Source of the DNA: Candidatus Hydrogenedentota bacterium
Lineage (GTDB): Bacteria; Hydrogenedentota; Hydrogenedentia; Hydrogenedentales; JAEUWI01
Reading direction: 5' to 3'
Assembly (NCBI GenBank): GCA_034669905.1
Contig: JAXMOL010000044.1
Location: forward strand, 1 to 64,000
DNA: 64,000 bases
This document shows, piece after piece, positions 19,333-28,393 of the stretch. Position 1 is the stretch's first letter; the number at the start of each line of letters is the position of its first letter. A program made the position numbers and the translations under genes. Under the pieces are notes generated by a model, which saw nothing but the letters and a program-made list of their open reading frames with translations, was not told the origin of the DNA and searched no databases.

Positions 19333-20415
19333 TCAGGACCCCGGGAGGTGGCGGGCGATCCAGGCGCGAAGTCCGGAACCCGTGATGGAATCCAGATCCC
19401 TGCGAAGGGCTTCGGCATCGCCGTATCGCTCACTCCGCTTTTTGAGACACCGTTGAATGACGCTGTCCATCTTTCGTGGGACGCCCGCAGCGAGTCGGGA
19501 GGCGGGGGTGTATTGACCGACGGGGAGCTTCCCGGTCAGGAGCTGATAGAGTATGACGCCCACGGCGTAGAGGTCGGCCCGCTTGTCGATCTGGAGGGGG
19601 TTGGTCCGTTGTTCGGGTGCCTGGTAGTGGGCGGTTCCGACGGCCATCCGCGAAAAAGCCGGGTTGCTTTGGTCCAGCAGTTTGGCAAGTCCGAAGTCCA
19701 GCACCGTAACATGACCCTGCTCATCCCGCATGATGTTTTGCGGCTTCAGGTCACGGTGAATGGTGGTGCGGTGGGCATAGGACAGGGCGTCACAGAGCTG
19801 GTGGGCGATGTCCAGGACTTCCTCCAGTGGCAGTTGGCCTCCCTGTGATTTCAGGTGCTTGTAGAGGGTTTCGCCTGGGACCAGGGCCATGGTGAAGAAT
19901 TGCATGCCCGAATCAAAATCGACGCCGAGGTCGTGGACGCGCACAATATTCTGGTGGGCGAGCCGTTGGGATATTTTGGTTTCGATGAGAAATCGCCGTT
20001 GCGCCTGGGGGTTGGACAGGAGACGGGGCAGCATGACTTTCAGTGCGCGGCGTTCCTTGAGGTGGGTATCCTTGACCAGGTATACGGCGCCCATGCCACC
20101 GAAGCCCAATTGTTTGAGGATTTTGAAGCGGCGATTGATGACGATGCCCGGGCGCAAGTCGACCGAACGTTGGTCCGTGGTGAGCTTTTCCGGGCGCGCT
20201 GTCGCGAATTGTTTGAGGATGCGGGCTTCGTTGAAGCCCTCGAAGCTACTGTCTGACGCCGAACTCTCGGACTCGGCCACCGGCTCCCCCTCGTCCTGGG
20301 GAGGCGTTAGCTCGTCTAAAGGTGAACGGTTTGATTCTGATTCCATGGAAGGGTTATCGCCTCTGTGGTGAGATTGCCGTGGACCCGGGGAAATCTCACG
20401 GGGTTTCCCTGACAT
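19333..20415 (-). CDS. Hanks-type Ser/Thr protein kinase (soluble, no sensor domain)
   Basis: LGFGGMGAVY, ALK, HRDLKPQN, DFG, APE; alternative start 20346. Confidence 0.92.
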   Translation of the reverse strand: MSGKPREISPGPRQSHHRGDNPSMESESNRSPLDELTPPQDEGEPVAESESSASDSSFEGFNEARILKQFATARPEKLTTDQRSVDLRPGIVINRRFKILKQLGFGGMGAVYLVKDTHLKERRALKVMLPRLLSNPQAQRRFLIETKISQRLAHQNIVRVHDLGVDFDSGMQFFTMALVPGETLYKHLKSQGGQLPLEEVLDIAHQLCDALSYAHRTTIHRDLKPQNIMRDEQGHVTVLDFGLAKLLDQSNPAFSRMAVGTAHYQAPEQRTNPLQIDKRADLYAVGVILYQLLTGKLPVGQYTPASRLAAGVPRKMDSVIQRCLKKRSERYGDAEALRRDLDSITGSGLRAWIARHLPGS

Positions 20416-20650
20416 CTATAGTACACCTTTGTGAAAGTTGGTGCAACGGCCCCGGGTGGGTCTGAAGTCGCTGATTGGATGTAAGGCACGTGCGGGGGGG
20501 GGATGGAATGAATTGACGTGTCCGCGCGGCGCGCTTATAATGGCGGACGTGGTGGTGGATGTAGGCCATGCGACATGTTTCCTGTGTACAACGCCGTTTG
20601 CCCATCTCGCAAACCAATGTTAACAAACGCAACGGACCTTTGGAATTGAT

Positions 20651-21331
20651 ATGGCCGATGTAGATGAAATTCGTGCGTACGTTGAGTCGCACCCTGATGA
20701 CCATAAGCAACGCTGGCGCCTGGCGAAGAAACTCTATAGCGCCTGGGACTACCGATCGGCGTTGGAGCACCTGATTGTCCTGCGGGAGGTGTGGCCCGAT
20801 CAGGTGCCCGTCCTGCGATACCTCGCGGCTACCTATTACCGCCTCGGAAAATACGAAGAAGCCGAGCGGGAGTTGAAGCTGGCACTCAAAGACCATCCGG
20901 ACGAATACTCCTTGCTGGAACAGCTTGCAAAGGTCTATGAAGGGGCCGGGCGGACGGACGATGCCATTGACGCCTGGACCAAGGTCCAGGAGATACGGCC
21001 GAGCAAGACGGCGGAGGAGGCGTTGGAGCGGCTGGGGATGGCTATGGGTACGATGGCGTCTACGATGGCCACCAATGTGCCGGAGATGAGCAGTCACGGC
21101 AACGAGACCGTCATGAAGTGTCCTCATTGCGGGGAGAGCAATGACGTATTCAGCAAGCGGTGCTCGCGTTGCCACGGTGATTTTGCAACGGTGGAGAAAG
21201 CGGTATCTCCGCCGGAGGAAGAGCCTCTTCCCCACACGGGTAGTGCGGGCGTGGTCTTCGTCCTGAGCTTTATCGTCGTCGCCGGCGCGGCGGCGGCAAT
21301 CTTTTATTGGCTTACGCAATCCAGTCAATAG
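20651..21331 (+). CDS. TPR + zinc-ribbon protein with C-terminal TM anchor
   Basis: Three TPR-like repeats, CPHC...CSRC, hydrophobic C-terminus. Confidence 0.85.
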   Translation: MADVDEIRAYVESHPDDHKQRWRLAKKLYSAWDYRSALEHLIVLREVWPDQVPVLRYLAATYYRLGKYEEAERELKLALKDHPDEYSLLEQLAKVYEGAGRTDDAIDAWTKVQEIRPSKTAEEALERLGMAMGTMASTMATNVPEMSSHGNETVMKCPHCGESNDVFSKRCSRCHGDFATVEKAVSPPEEEPLPHTGSAGVVFVLSFIVVAGAAAAIFYWLTQSSQ

Positions 21332-21333
21332 AC

Positions 21334-21362
21334 TTGCAAAATTTCTGTAAATAGTTTATCCT
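21334..21362 (+). promoter_or_regulatory. Candidate sigma70 promoter
   Basis: TTGCAA-N17-TATCCT in an AT-rich patch. Confidence 0.45.
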
Positions 21363-21546
21363 TCCTGTGGTGCACTGGAGAAGGGCACCGGGGACCATGT
21401 GGGACTCGTTCGAAACGTTAATTCTTACGACGCAATGTCGTATATATAGTTTGTGTGGAATGATTGCAGGCATTGGTGTGGCTGTAATTATTTTCTTTTC
21501 TTGACGTAGACGATCGAAAATTTAGATGCAGGAGTGGAGGAATATC

Positions 21547-21702
21547 ATGTTGACCAACGGAACTAGCGGCACGCAGGCACCCAAAGCAGCATTCAGTGAT
21601 TTTGATTTTGTACGGATCGTGATTGATTTCATTGGCGATCTGGCGACCTCGCTGAACGCACTGCTGGTGTTTATTCAAAACGTTCTCAACTTCGGGTCCT
21701 GA
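21547..21702 (+). CDS. 51-aa small amphipathic peptide (below ORF-track cut-off)
   Basis: GGAGG at 21536-21540, 6 nt before ATG; MLTNGTSGTQAPKAAFSDFDFVRIVIDFIGDLATSLNALLVFIQNVLNFGS; hairpin GTCCTG-AA-CAGGAC over the stop. Confidence 0.7.
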   Translation: MLTNGTSGTQAPKAAFSDFDFVRIVIDFIGDLATSLNALLVFIQNVLNFGS

Positions 21703-22048
21703 ACAGGACTCCTATCTGCGCTCAATGGACAGGCGGTGGGCTGTGTCTGCTCGTCGTGGATTCTGAGCCCGTGGTCTGTCTAAGTTTTGTCCTTTTGAAT
21801 TTCGCCTGAGTTCGCGTTTTGGGTTGTGCCGTCACTTGGGTGGATGCATTGCCCGGAGAACCCTGTCAATTTGGTCTGGACAGAATTCTCTGGACAGTCT
21901 ATGCTGATAGGGTGCTTTGGTATCAGGGTGATCGATGGTCGGGCAGTATGGTCGTTCCTCGATGCTCCCGCAGCCGAGTTGCTGTTCTGTTCGTACAGGT
22001 AGCCCTGCAGTATTCCAAGTGAATTCGAACTTGTATCCGGAGGTAATC

Positions 22049-23995
22049 ATGAAAAAGCGCTTCATGTCCAGAGTGAATGGACGATCTGTGGCGGCTTCCC
22101 GTCTTTCAGTCGCGATGCTCTTAGTGACATCTTTCGTCTCGCAGGTCTCTGCCGAGGACGCCGCACCGGAAGGGGAAGCGCCCGCAGGTGAGAATGTCCA
22201 CGAGTCACTGTATAAGGGAGAAGAGGGGAAACCCTATTACCCTTCTGCCAGCGAATGTAAGCAGTGTCACCCCGACCACTACCGGGAATGGGCGGTATCA
22301 CCCCACGCGTATGCGCAGATGAGCCCGGTTTTCAACGCGATGCATGCGAAGATTCTCAAGTTGACCAACGGAACAAACGGCGACTTTTGCATCCGTTGTC
22401 ACACCCCGGTGGGGATGAATCTGTCCGAAGATATTTTCATGAGTAACATCGACCGGAATCCCACCTCCCGCGAGGGGGTGACCTGTGTGGTGTGTCACCG
22501 GATTAACAAGCCTTTCGGCAAGATCAGTGGCCGTATCGCCTTGCAGGACGGTGATCTGTCCGAGGCTATTTTCGGCCCCAAAGGCAATCCCCAGTTTGCG
22601 GAAGCCTTTGGTGACGAGATCACGAACAAGTTTGGTGAAGGCAAGGTTCACGCCGAAACGAAGCCCTTCTATCAGTTGCAGGATTCCGGATTTTGTGGCA
22701 CGTGTCACGACGTAAACCTTCTGAACGGTTTCCGATTGGAAGAGGCCTTCAGCGAGTTTAAGCAGAGCCCGGCCTCGCGCAATGGGGTGACGTGTAGCGA
22801 CTGCCACATGGGTAAAACGCCGGGCAAGTTTTCGGGCGACAAAGAGACGAACTACGATCTGAAGCAGATTGCGAAGATTGGTGCCAAGTGGGTCGGTGAA
22901 GAGCGGAAGAAAACCAACCACCGCTTTGCCGGACCGGATCACTCGGTAATTCACCCGGGTATCTATCCCCACAATGACAACGCGGCCGAGTTTGCGACCA
23001 TCCGCGAGTGGTTGACCTTCGACTACCAGGCTGGGTGGGGCACGGACCAGTTTGAAGAAGAAGATGAGCCTGCCCGCCAGGAAGCGGGTAAAGGTACGGC
23101 CTTCCCACAGCGCTGGGAAAATATCGACGAGCGTTATGAAGCCCGGGACATCATCAATGAGCAGCTAGAGCTCCTGGAAGAATATCAGCAGGAGCGCCTG
23201 GCGGTTCTTCAGGCGGGCTATGGCATCGGCGACTTTGAAGTAAAGAAAGCGTCCTCAAAGAAGGGGCTCGCATTCCGGATCGGCGTGGAGAATCTTACCG
23301 ATGGACACAGTGTGCCGACGGGATTCATCGCGGAGCGGGTCGTTTTCCTTCAGGTGGAAGTAAAGAACGAAGCGGGCGAGACCGTATTTATTTCGGGTGA
23401 CCTTGACCCCAACTTTGACGTACGCGACTTGCACTCCCTGTTCGTACACAATCGGGAACTTTCCCTCGATCAGCAACTCTTCACGCTTCAATCCAGCTTT
23501 ATTACCCGCAACGTGCGTGGTACGGAGCGCGAGCAGGTGCTGGCTATCAACTTTTCACCGAGCCCCTTGCCCTTCCTGCGTCCGTCGCGATTTGCTGCAA
23601 CGCTTACGGGCCGTCCCGGTGGTGCGCGAATTCACAAGAAAAATATCACGCCCCTGGACAGCCGTTGGGCCGAATATCGGGTAGGCAAGAAGAAGCTGAC
23701 CGGCGCGGGTACCTATACAGTGACCGCCAAGCTGCTTGCCGGAATGGTGCCGGTAAATCTGATTGACGAAATTAAGGACGTAGGCTTCGACTATGGCATG
23801 AGTGCTCACCAGGTCGCGCTTGGCGTTCGGTTTGGTGTGGGCGATGTATTGGATGCCGAAGGCAACCGATTGAATCGCAAACACATTGATACACTGATTG
23901 AGGAACATCGGGAAGAGGAACTCAAAGACTTGTTTGGTGTGACGGGTGGGCATTCCCTCATCGCGCAGCAAGAATATGAGATCGTTGTGGAGTAA
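22049..23995 (+). CDS. Exported pentaheme c-type cytochrome (c554/c552-like N-domain plus C-terminal beta domain)
   Basis: GGAGG then ATG 22049; signal peptide ending VSA; CKQCH, CIRCH, CVVCH, CGTCH, CSDCH. Confidence 0.9.
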   Translation: MKKRFMSRVNGRSVAASRLSVAMLLVTSFVSQVSAEDAAPEGEAPAGENVHESLYKGEEGKPYYPSASECKQCHPDHYREWAVSPHAYAQMSPVFNAMHAKILKLTNGTNGDFCIRCHTPVGMNLSEDIFMSNIDRNPTSREGVTCVVCHRINKPFGKISGRIALQDGDLSEAIFGPKGNPQFAEAFGDEITNKFGEGKVHAETKPFYQLQDSGFCGTCHDVNLLNGFRLEEAFSEFKQSPASRNGVTCSDCHMGKTPGKFSGDKETNYDLKQIAKIGAKWVGEERKKTNHRFAGPDHSVIHPGIYPHNDNAAEFATIREWLTFDYQAGWGTDQFEEEDEPARQEAGKGTAFPQRWENIDERYEARDIINEQLELLEEYQQERLAVLQAGYGIGDFEVKKASSKKGLAFRIGVENLTDGHSVPTGFIAERVVFLQVEVKNEAGETVFISGDLDPNFDVRDLHSLFVHNRELSLDQQLFTLQSSFITRNVRGTEREQVLAINFSPSPLPFLRPSRFAATLTGRPGGARIHKKNITPLDSRWAEYRVGKKKLTGAGTYTVTAKLLAGMVPVNLIDEIKDVGFDYGMSAHQVALGVRFGVGDVLDAEGNRLNRKHIDTLIEEHREEELKDLFGVTGGHSLIAQQEYEIVVE

Positions 23996-24079
23996 CCTGG
24001 ACTGTACGTAAAGGTGTTGCACGCGTTCCCTGGCTGACCAATTAGGGGCCGTGCAAGTCGGTTACAGCGGAGGGAAGCA

Positions 24080-25951
24080 ATGCTGAGAAAACGTCATACA
24101 TCCATTTTGGTGCTCGCAGTGGGCGGAGCTTTGGGCCTGTTGGCTCCTGACGCTCACGGTGCGGCAGAGAGTAAGCTCTCTCAGAAGCCGATCCCGTTGC
24201 AGACAGAGGCCTATGCGCTGTTTGCCGTAGAGGATATTGCCGACTACGAAGGGCTCTTGACGAAGCTTAAGGCGGGAGCCGACCAGCCGGAAACACCGGC
24301 GGGACGGGTGTGGCAATTCCTGAGTCCTGAGCTCCGGGAAGAGTTTAACGCCCTGGCCGACGGGGCGGAGTTGGAGCGCAATGTCCGTTATCGCATGATC
24401 AACGGGCTGAATGCCGTGCTTCGTTATCCCACCTTGTACGATGCCGCCGCCTTTGCCAGTGTCACGCTGCCGGATGACTTGAAGGCGGATCTGGAGTCTG
24501 AGATGGCCGGACTCGGTCCGGTTGATGCAACGGCCCGGAACCGCGAATTACTTCGCCTGTCGTTCCCGGATGAGATCCTCGAGAGCCAGGTACGGCCGTT
24601 CCCGAAGCGTCCGAAGACCCTTCGGCTCTTTGGGGACGACTTTCTGAACCACGGGAACATCCAGCAGGGCTTCAAGATTCCGACGGGTGCTGTCTGGCAA
24701 CCTTCCATGTTTGTCTACGGCACGCTTCGCACGGCCTGGCAGTATGAAGAGACTGGCGTGCGCCTTCCGCCGAACACGAACGTGGCCGGTCCCCCTATTG
24801 ATCGGGGTGAGGCCAAGATAGAGGAAGTCGCGACGCGTCTGGATCTCTTTTTCAATCTGGCGTTGACCCCGACCGAACGTATCGTGCTGGGACTACGTCC
24901 CTTTGATCACAACGGTAATTTTAACGGCTACCGTTGGCAGGTGCCGAATCTTACCAATAGAGACGATTGGTATCTCCGGGGTGATGCCGATATCCAGCAA
25001 CTCTTCTTCGAAGGGGACCTGGGCGAGATTTTCCCCCGTATTGACAAGAATGACACCGGCGCGGTCGATATCGGATTTTCTGTCGGTCGGCAGCCCCTCT
25101 TCTTCCAAGAGGGTATCATTATCAATGATGTGGTGGATTCGCTGGGCCTGACGCGGAACAACGTGCTGGTTGGAGAAGCGACCAATATCCGCACCACGGC
25201 ATTGTGGGGTTGGGACGATGTACACCGGGGCGTGGGACCAGACAGCCGTCGCCGCCAGGGTGCCCATCTCTTCGCCTTATTCAGCAGCATTGATTTCCCG
25301 AAGACCACCTTGGATTTTGATCTGGCCTACATCAACGACAATGAGACGACCCGCTATCTTGACAACGGGACGATTCTTCGTGAGGGTGGTGACCAGTTTA
25401 ACGTAGGTATGAGCTACATTCAGCGGATAGGTCACATCAACACGGCATTCCGCTTCAATCACTCCGAACGGACCAGCGGCCGCGACACCATCCACTCCAA
25501 CTCGGGTTCGGTGTTCCTCGCGGAGGCTTCCTGGACGCCACCGCATGGCTATGACTTGGTTTACTCCACGGTCTTTGCTGTGAACGATCACTACCAATCC
25601 ATCGCCCGCGACCCGGCAACGGGTGGTCCCCTGGGTCGGGTTGGCATTCTCTTCGAATCTCCGGGTATCGGCTTTGTCGGCGCGCCCATCGAGAATACCA
25701 CCGACCACGACAGTGTCGGTGGCGCAATCGGGTACCAGAAATTCTTTGATGAGCAGCGTAAGCAGGTCATTCTTGAGGTGGCTGGTCGGACCGATTTTGA
25801 CGGTTCTGATCGAGGTCGCCTGGGGGTCATGGCACGGTATCAGCAAGCCTTTAAGACCCGTTACGTGTGGCGGGTGGATGCCTACTATGTTTCCCGCGAG
25901 TCGCTCGATGAGAAGCGTGGTATCCGCACCGAGTTTGTTGTTCAGTTCTAG
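24080..25951 (+). CDS. Probable outer-membrane beta-barrel protein with N-terminal helical extension
   Basis: Signal peptide ending AHG; alternating amphipathic strands in the C-terminal two-thirds; ends IRTEFVVQF (terminal Phe); no Cys. Confidence 0.75.
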   Translation: MLRKRHTSILVLAVGGALGLLAPDAHGAAESKLSQKPIPLQTEAYALFAVEDIADYEGLLTKLKAGADQPETPAGRVWQFLSPELREEFNALADGAELERNVRYRMINGLNAVLRYPTLYDAAAFASVTLPDDLKADLESEMAGLGPVDATARNRELLRLSFPDEILESQVRPFPKRPKTLRLFGDDFLNHGNIQQGFKIPTGAVWQPSMFVYGTLRTAWQYEETGVRLPPNTNVAGPPIDRGEAKIEEVATRLDLFFNLALTPTERIVLGLRPFDHNGNFNGYRWQVPNLTNRDDWYLRGDADIQQLFFEGDLGEIFPRIDKNDTGAVDIGFSVGRQPLFFQEGIIINDVVDSLGLTRNNVLVGEATNIRTTALWGWDDVHRGVGPDSRRRQGAHLFALFSSIDFPKTTLDFDLAYINDNETTRYLDNGTILREGGDQFNVGMSYIQRIGHINTAFRFNHSERTSGRDTIHSNSGSVFLAEASWTPPHGYDLVYSTVFAVNDHYQSIARDPATGGPLGRVGILFESPGIGFVGAPIENTTDHDSVGGAIGYQKFFDEQRKQVILEVAGRTDFDGSDRGRLGVMARYQQAFKTRYVWRVDAYYVSRESLDEKRGIRTEFVVQF

Positions 25952-25996
25952 TTCGTTCATGTACGAATGGCGCCTTAACTGCATAGGAGAAACGGA

Positions 25997-27295
25997 GTGG
26001 AACTGATCGCTCTGGCTCTTGGCCTGATTGTTGTTGCGATGCTGGTGCTCCAGGTACCTGTGTTGGTTTACGGTACCCTCCAACGTTCCCGCGCGGCCCA
26101 GGTGCAGCGCCGGATGGATTACCGCGCGTGGAAGCTCCGTCTTCAGGCCGCGGAAGCACAGCTTGAGAAGGCGGCGTCGAACCAACTCTCCTGGTCTGGC
26201 TGGCGCAAGTTTGAAGTGCGCAAGAAAATTATCGAAAACAAGGCCGGCGACATCTGTTCGTTTTACTTCTATCCCCATGATCGAAAGAAACTTCCAGCCT
26301 TCAATCCCGGCCAGTTTCTAATGTTTCGGGTGGATATTCCCGACCCGGACAATCCAGGTGAAACGATTGAAGAAACCCGGTGCTATTCCCTGTCGGACAG
26401 CCCCAACCCGCGTTACTATCGTATCAGCGTTCGCCGCGTGCCGGCGCCCCGTGATCAACCGGATATACCGCCGGGTCTCGTTTCGGGCTACCTTCATGAG
26501 CACATCAATGAAGGGGACTTGATTGACGTCCAGGCCCCCAGCGGTGAGTTCTTCCTTGATCCGGATCAGGAAACGCCGGTCGCACTGTTGGCCGGTGGAG
26601 TGGGGGTTACGCCCATTCTTTCCATGTGCAACACGCTGATTGATCGGAAGAGCAGCCGAGAGGTCTGGATTTACTTCGGTGTTCGCAATCCCGATGACCT
26701 GGTCATGTTGCAGAATTTTGAATACGCCGCTGGTCACCTGAAAAACGCCAAAGTCTTTATCTGTTTCAGTGGCGAGATGCCCGAAGGTGTGGAAGACGGC
26801 ACGGTGGCAGAGAGTGGGGTGATTTACAAGCGGGGTCGTGTTGATAGTGCCATGTTGAAGGCGACCATGCCTGGCAATAACTACGCGTACTATATCTGTG
26901 GTCCCGAAGTCATGATGAAAACCCTCGACAAGGACCTTCAGGCGTGGGGTGTTCCGAAGGACAAGATTAACTGGGAGGCCTTTGGCGAAAGCGCGGCCCC
27001 GGCACCCGCGGCGGTTCCTGCGGGACAGGCGCTGACGATCAATTATGGTGCGTCGGGTAAATCGGTGAATTGGCAGGGCGAAAAGAGTATTCGCGCTGCG
27101 GCCAAGGCCAACCGTTTTAAAGAGAAGAAGATCAAATATGCCTGCGGACAGGGAAAGTGTGGTTGCTGCCACACCGCGCTGAAGAGTGGCGAAGTTGCCT
27201 ACTTGGATGTGCAGCCAGCCTTTCCCGGTCTGCAGGAGGGCTATTGCCTGCCTTGCATCGCGACTCCGAAGACATCGATCGAGTTGGATGCCTGA
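25997..27295 (+). CDS. Membrane-anchored FAD/NAD(P)-binding oxidoreductase with C-terminal [2Fe-2S] (FNR/PaaE-Hcr type)
   Basis: N-terminal TM; RCYSL, GLVSGYLH, AGGVGVTP, YICGP, EAFG; CGQGKCGCC...CLPC. Confidence 0.9.
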   Translation: MELIALALGLIVVAMLVLQVPVLVYGTLQRSRAAQVQRRMDYRAWKLRLQAAEAQLEKAASNQLSWSGWRKFEVRKKIIENKAGDICSFYFYPHDRKKLPAFNPGQFLMFRVDIPDPDNPGETIEETRCYSLSDSPNPRYYRISVRRVPAPRDQPDIPPGLVSGYLHEHINEGDLIDVQAPSGEFFLDPDQETPVALLAGGVGVTPILSMCNTLIDRKSSREVWIYFGVRNPDDLVMLQNFEYAAGHLKNAKVFICFSGEMPEGVEDGTVAESGVIYKRGRVDSAMLKATMPGNNYAYYICGPEVMMKTLDKDLQAWGVPKDKINWEAFGESAAPAPAAVPAGQALTINYGASGKSVNWQGEKSIRAAAKANRFKEKKIKYACGQGKCGCCHTALKSGEVAYLDVQPAFPGLQEGYCLPCIATPKTSIELDA

Positions 27296-27339
27296 TTTCG
27301 TGTAGATGAGAAGTGTGTGGTTTTAACGGGAGTGAAAAC

Positions 27340-28377
27340 ATGATGGTTGACTGGAAGCAAATCAAGAGGCTTGCGACCCGGAGTGGGATGGCGTGTGTGC
27401 TGGGTGCCACCGTGTACTCGGGTACAGCCACGGCGGCAGATGTGCTGAGCTACGAGCCGCACAAGATTTTGGAAGACGAAAAAGGCAAGTGCGAGCAGTG
27501 CCACGAAAACGCGGTACTCGCCTGGGAGCAGTCGACGCACAAGAAAACGTATGACGAGCTTCACCTTCGTGACGAAGCAAAAGCGGTGTTGGAGCGCCTG
27601 GGTAGTAAAGGGAGTATTCGCCGCAACGACGAATGCGTGCAGTGCCACTACACTCAGACTGCCTCCGAAGCCGGTGGGCGTGCCAAGACGGTGATGGGCG
27701 TTTCCTGCCAGCGTTGCCACGGTGGCGCAGTGGATTGGTTGGACGTGCACCAGGATACGGAAGGGATGCCTGATCGGGCTGCCCGCCTGGCCAAGGCTGA
27801 AAGTCTCGGCATGCGTCTTACCGACGACATTTATACCCTGGCCATGAACTGCTTCCAGTGCCACACGGTACCGAAAGAAGCCTTGGTCAACAAGGGACAG
27901 CACCCCGCAGGCAGCGATTTTGAATTGGTCGCATGGAGCCACGGCGAAGTGCGCCACAATTTCCTTAACGATGATCCCAAAGCGCGCGCCGAGCAGGACA
28001 CGAACAATGAGTCCAGTGCCGAAACGAAGCAGCTCTTCTATGTGGTTGGCAAGACGCTGGATCTGGAGTTTGCACTTCGGGGCCTTTCGTCAGCGACGGA
28101 AGAGGGTACGTACCTGACGGCCATGGGTGAACGTGCGCAGAATGCCTACGATGCCCTGAAGGCGTTGGGCGGTATGGATAGCGTGCTCTCCCAGGTTCCG
28201 ATGGACGGCGACAAGGTCAAGGTGGCCGTGAATAACGCCGGAGAATACACGGGTGCTGCGGATGGCATTCGCAAGATTGCCAAGACCATCGAATCCGACA
28301 AGGGTAAATTCAGCACCGCGTTGAGTGCGGCCGGTTCGAAATTGCCGTCCAGCTATCAGGGCGAAGCCTACGAATAA
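27340..28377 (+). CDS. Exported tetraheme c-type cytochrome (c554-like)
   Basis: GGAG then ATG 27340; signal peptide ending ATA; CEQCH, CVQCH, CQRCH, CFQCH. Confidence 0.9.
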   Translation: MMVDWKQIKRLATRSGMACVLGATVYSGTATAADVLSYEPHKILEDEKGKCEQCHENAVLAWEQSTHKKTYDELHLRDEAKAVLERLGSKGSIRRNDECVQCHYTQTASEAGGRAKTVMGVSCQRCHGGAVDWLDVHQDTEGMPDRAARLAKAESLGMRLTDDIYTLAMNCFQCHTVPKEALVNKGQHPAGSDFELVAWSHGEVRHNFLNDDPKARAEQDTNNESSAETKQLFYVVGKTLDLEFALRGLSSATEEGTYLTAMGERAQNAYDALKALGGMDSVLSQVPMDGDKVKVAVNNAGEYTGAADGIRKIAKTIESDKGKFSTALSAAGSKLPSSYQGEAYE

Positions 28378-28393
28378 GCACTGAAAGGTTCCC

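Noticed and set aside
20429..20446. Rex-like operator TTGTGAA-agtt-GGTGCAA
   Set aside because: Right half-site matches poorly, and it lies ~1.6 kb from the redox operon with another gene between.
21227..21331. LPHTG followed by a hydrophobic segment, resembling a sortase LPxTG signal
   Set aside because: Protein has no signal peptide and no basic tail, and the organism appears diderm (kdsB, barrel); likely a chance match in a tail-anchored protein.
21369..21420. tRNA-like GTTCGAAAC and GGTGC/GCACC hairpin
   Set aside because: T-stem has only two pairs and no cloverleaf can be built.
21935..22048. Upstream extension of the pentaheme ORF given by the ORF track
   Set aside because: GGAGG and the signal peptide support ATG 22049; similar over-extensions were trimmed at 343, 8232, 9454, 17212, 30984, 55483 and 60507.
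27163..27171. CGCCH in the reductase and CSRCH in the TPR protein (near 21161) as heme-binding motifs
   Set aside because: They belong to a [2Fe-2S] motif and a zinc ribbon in predicted cytoplasmic domains; not counted among the 19 hemes.
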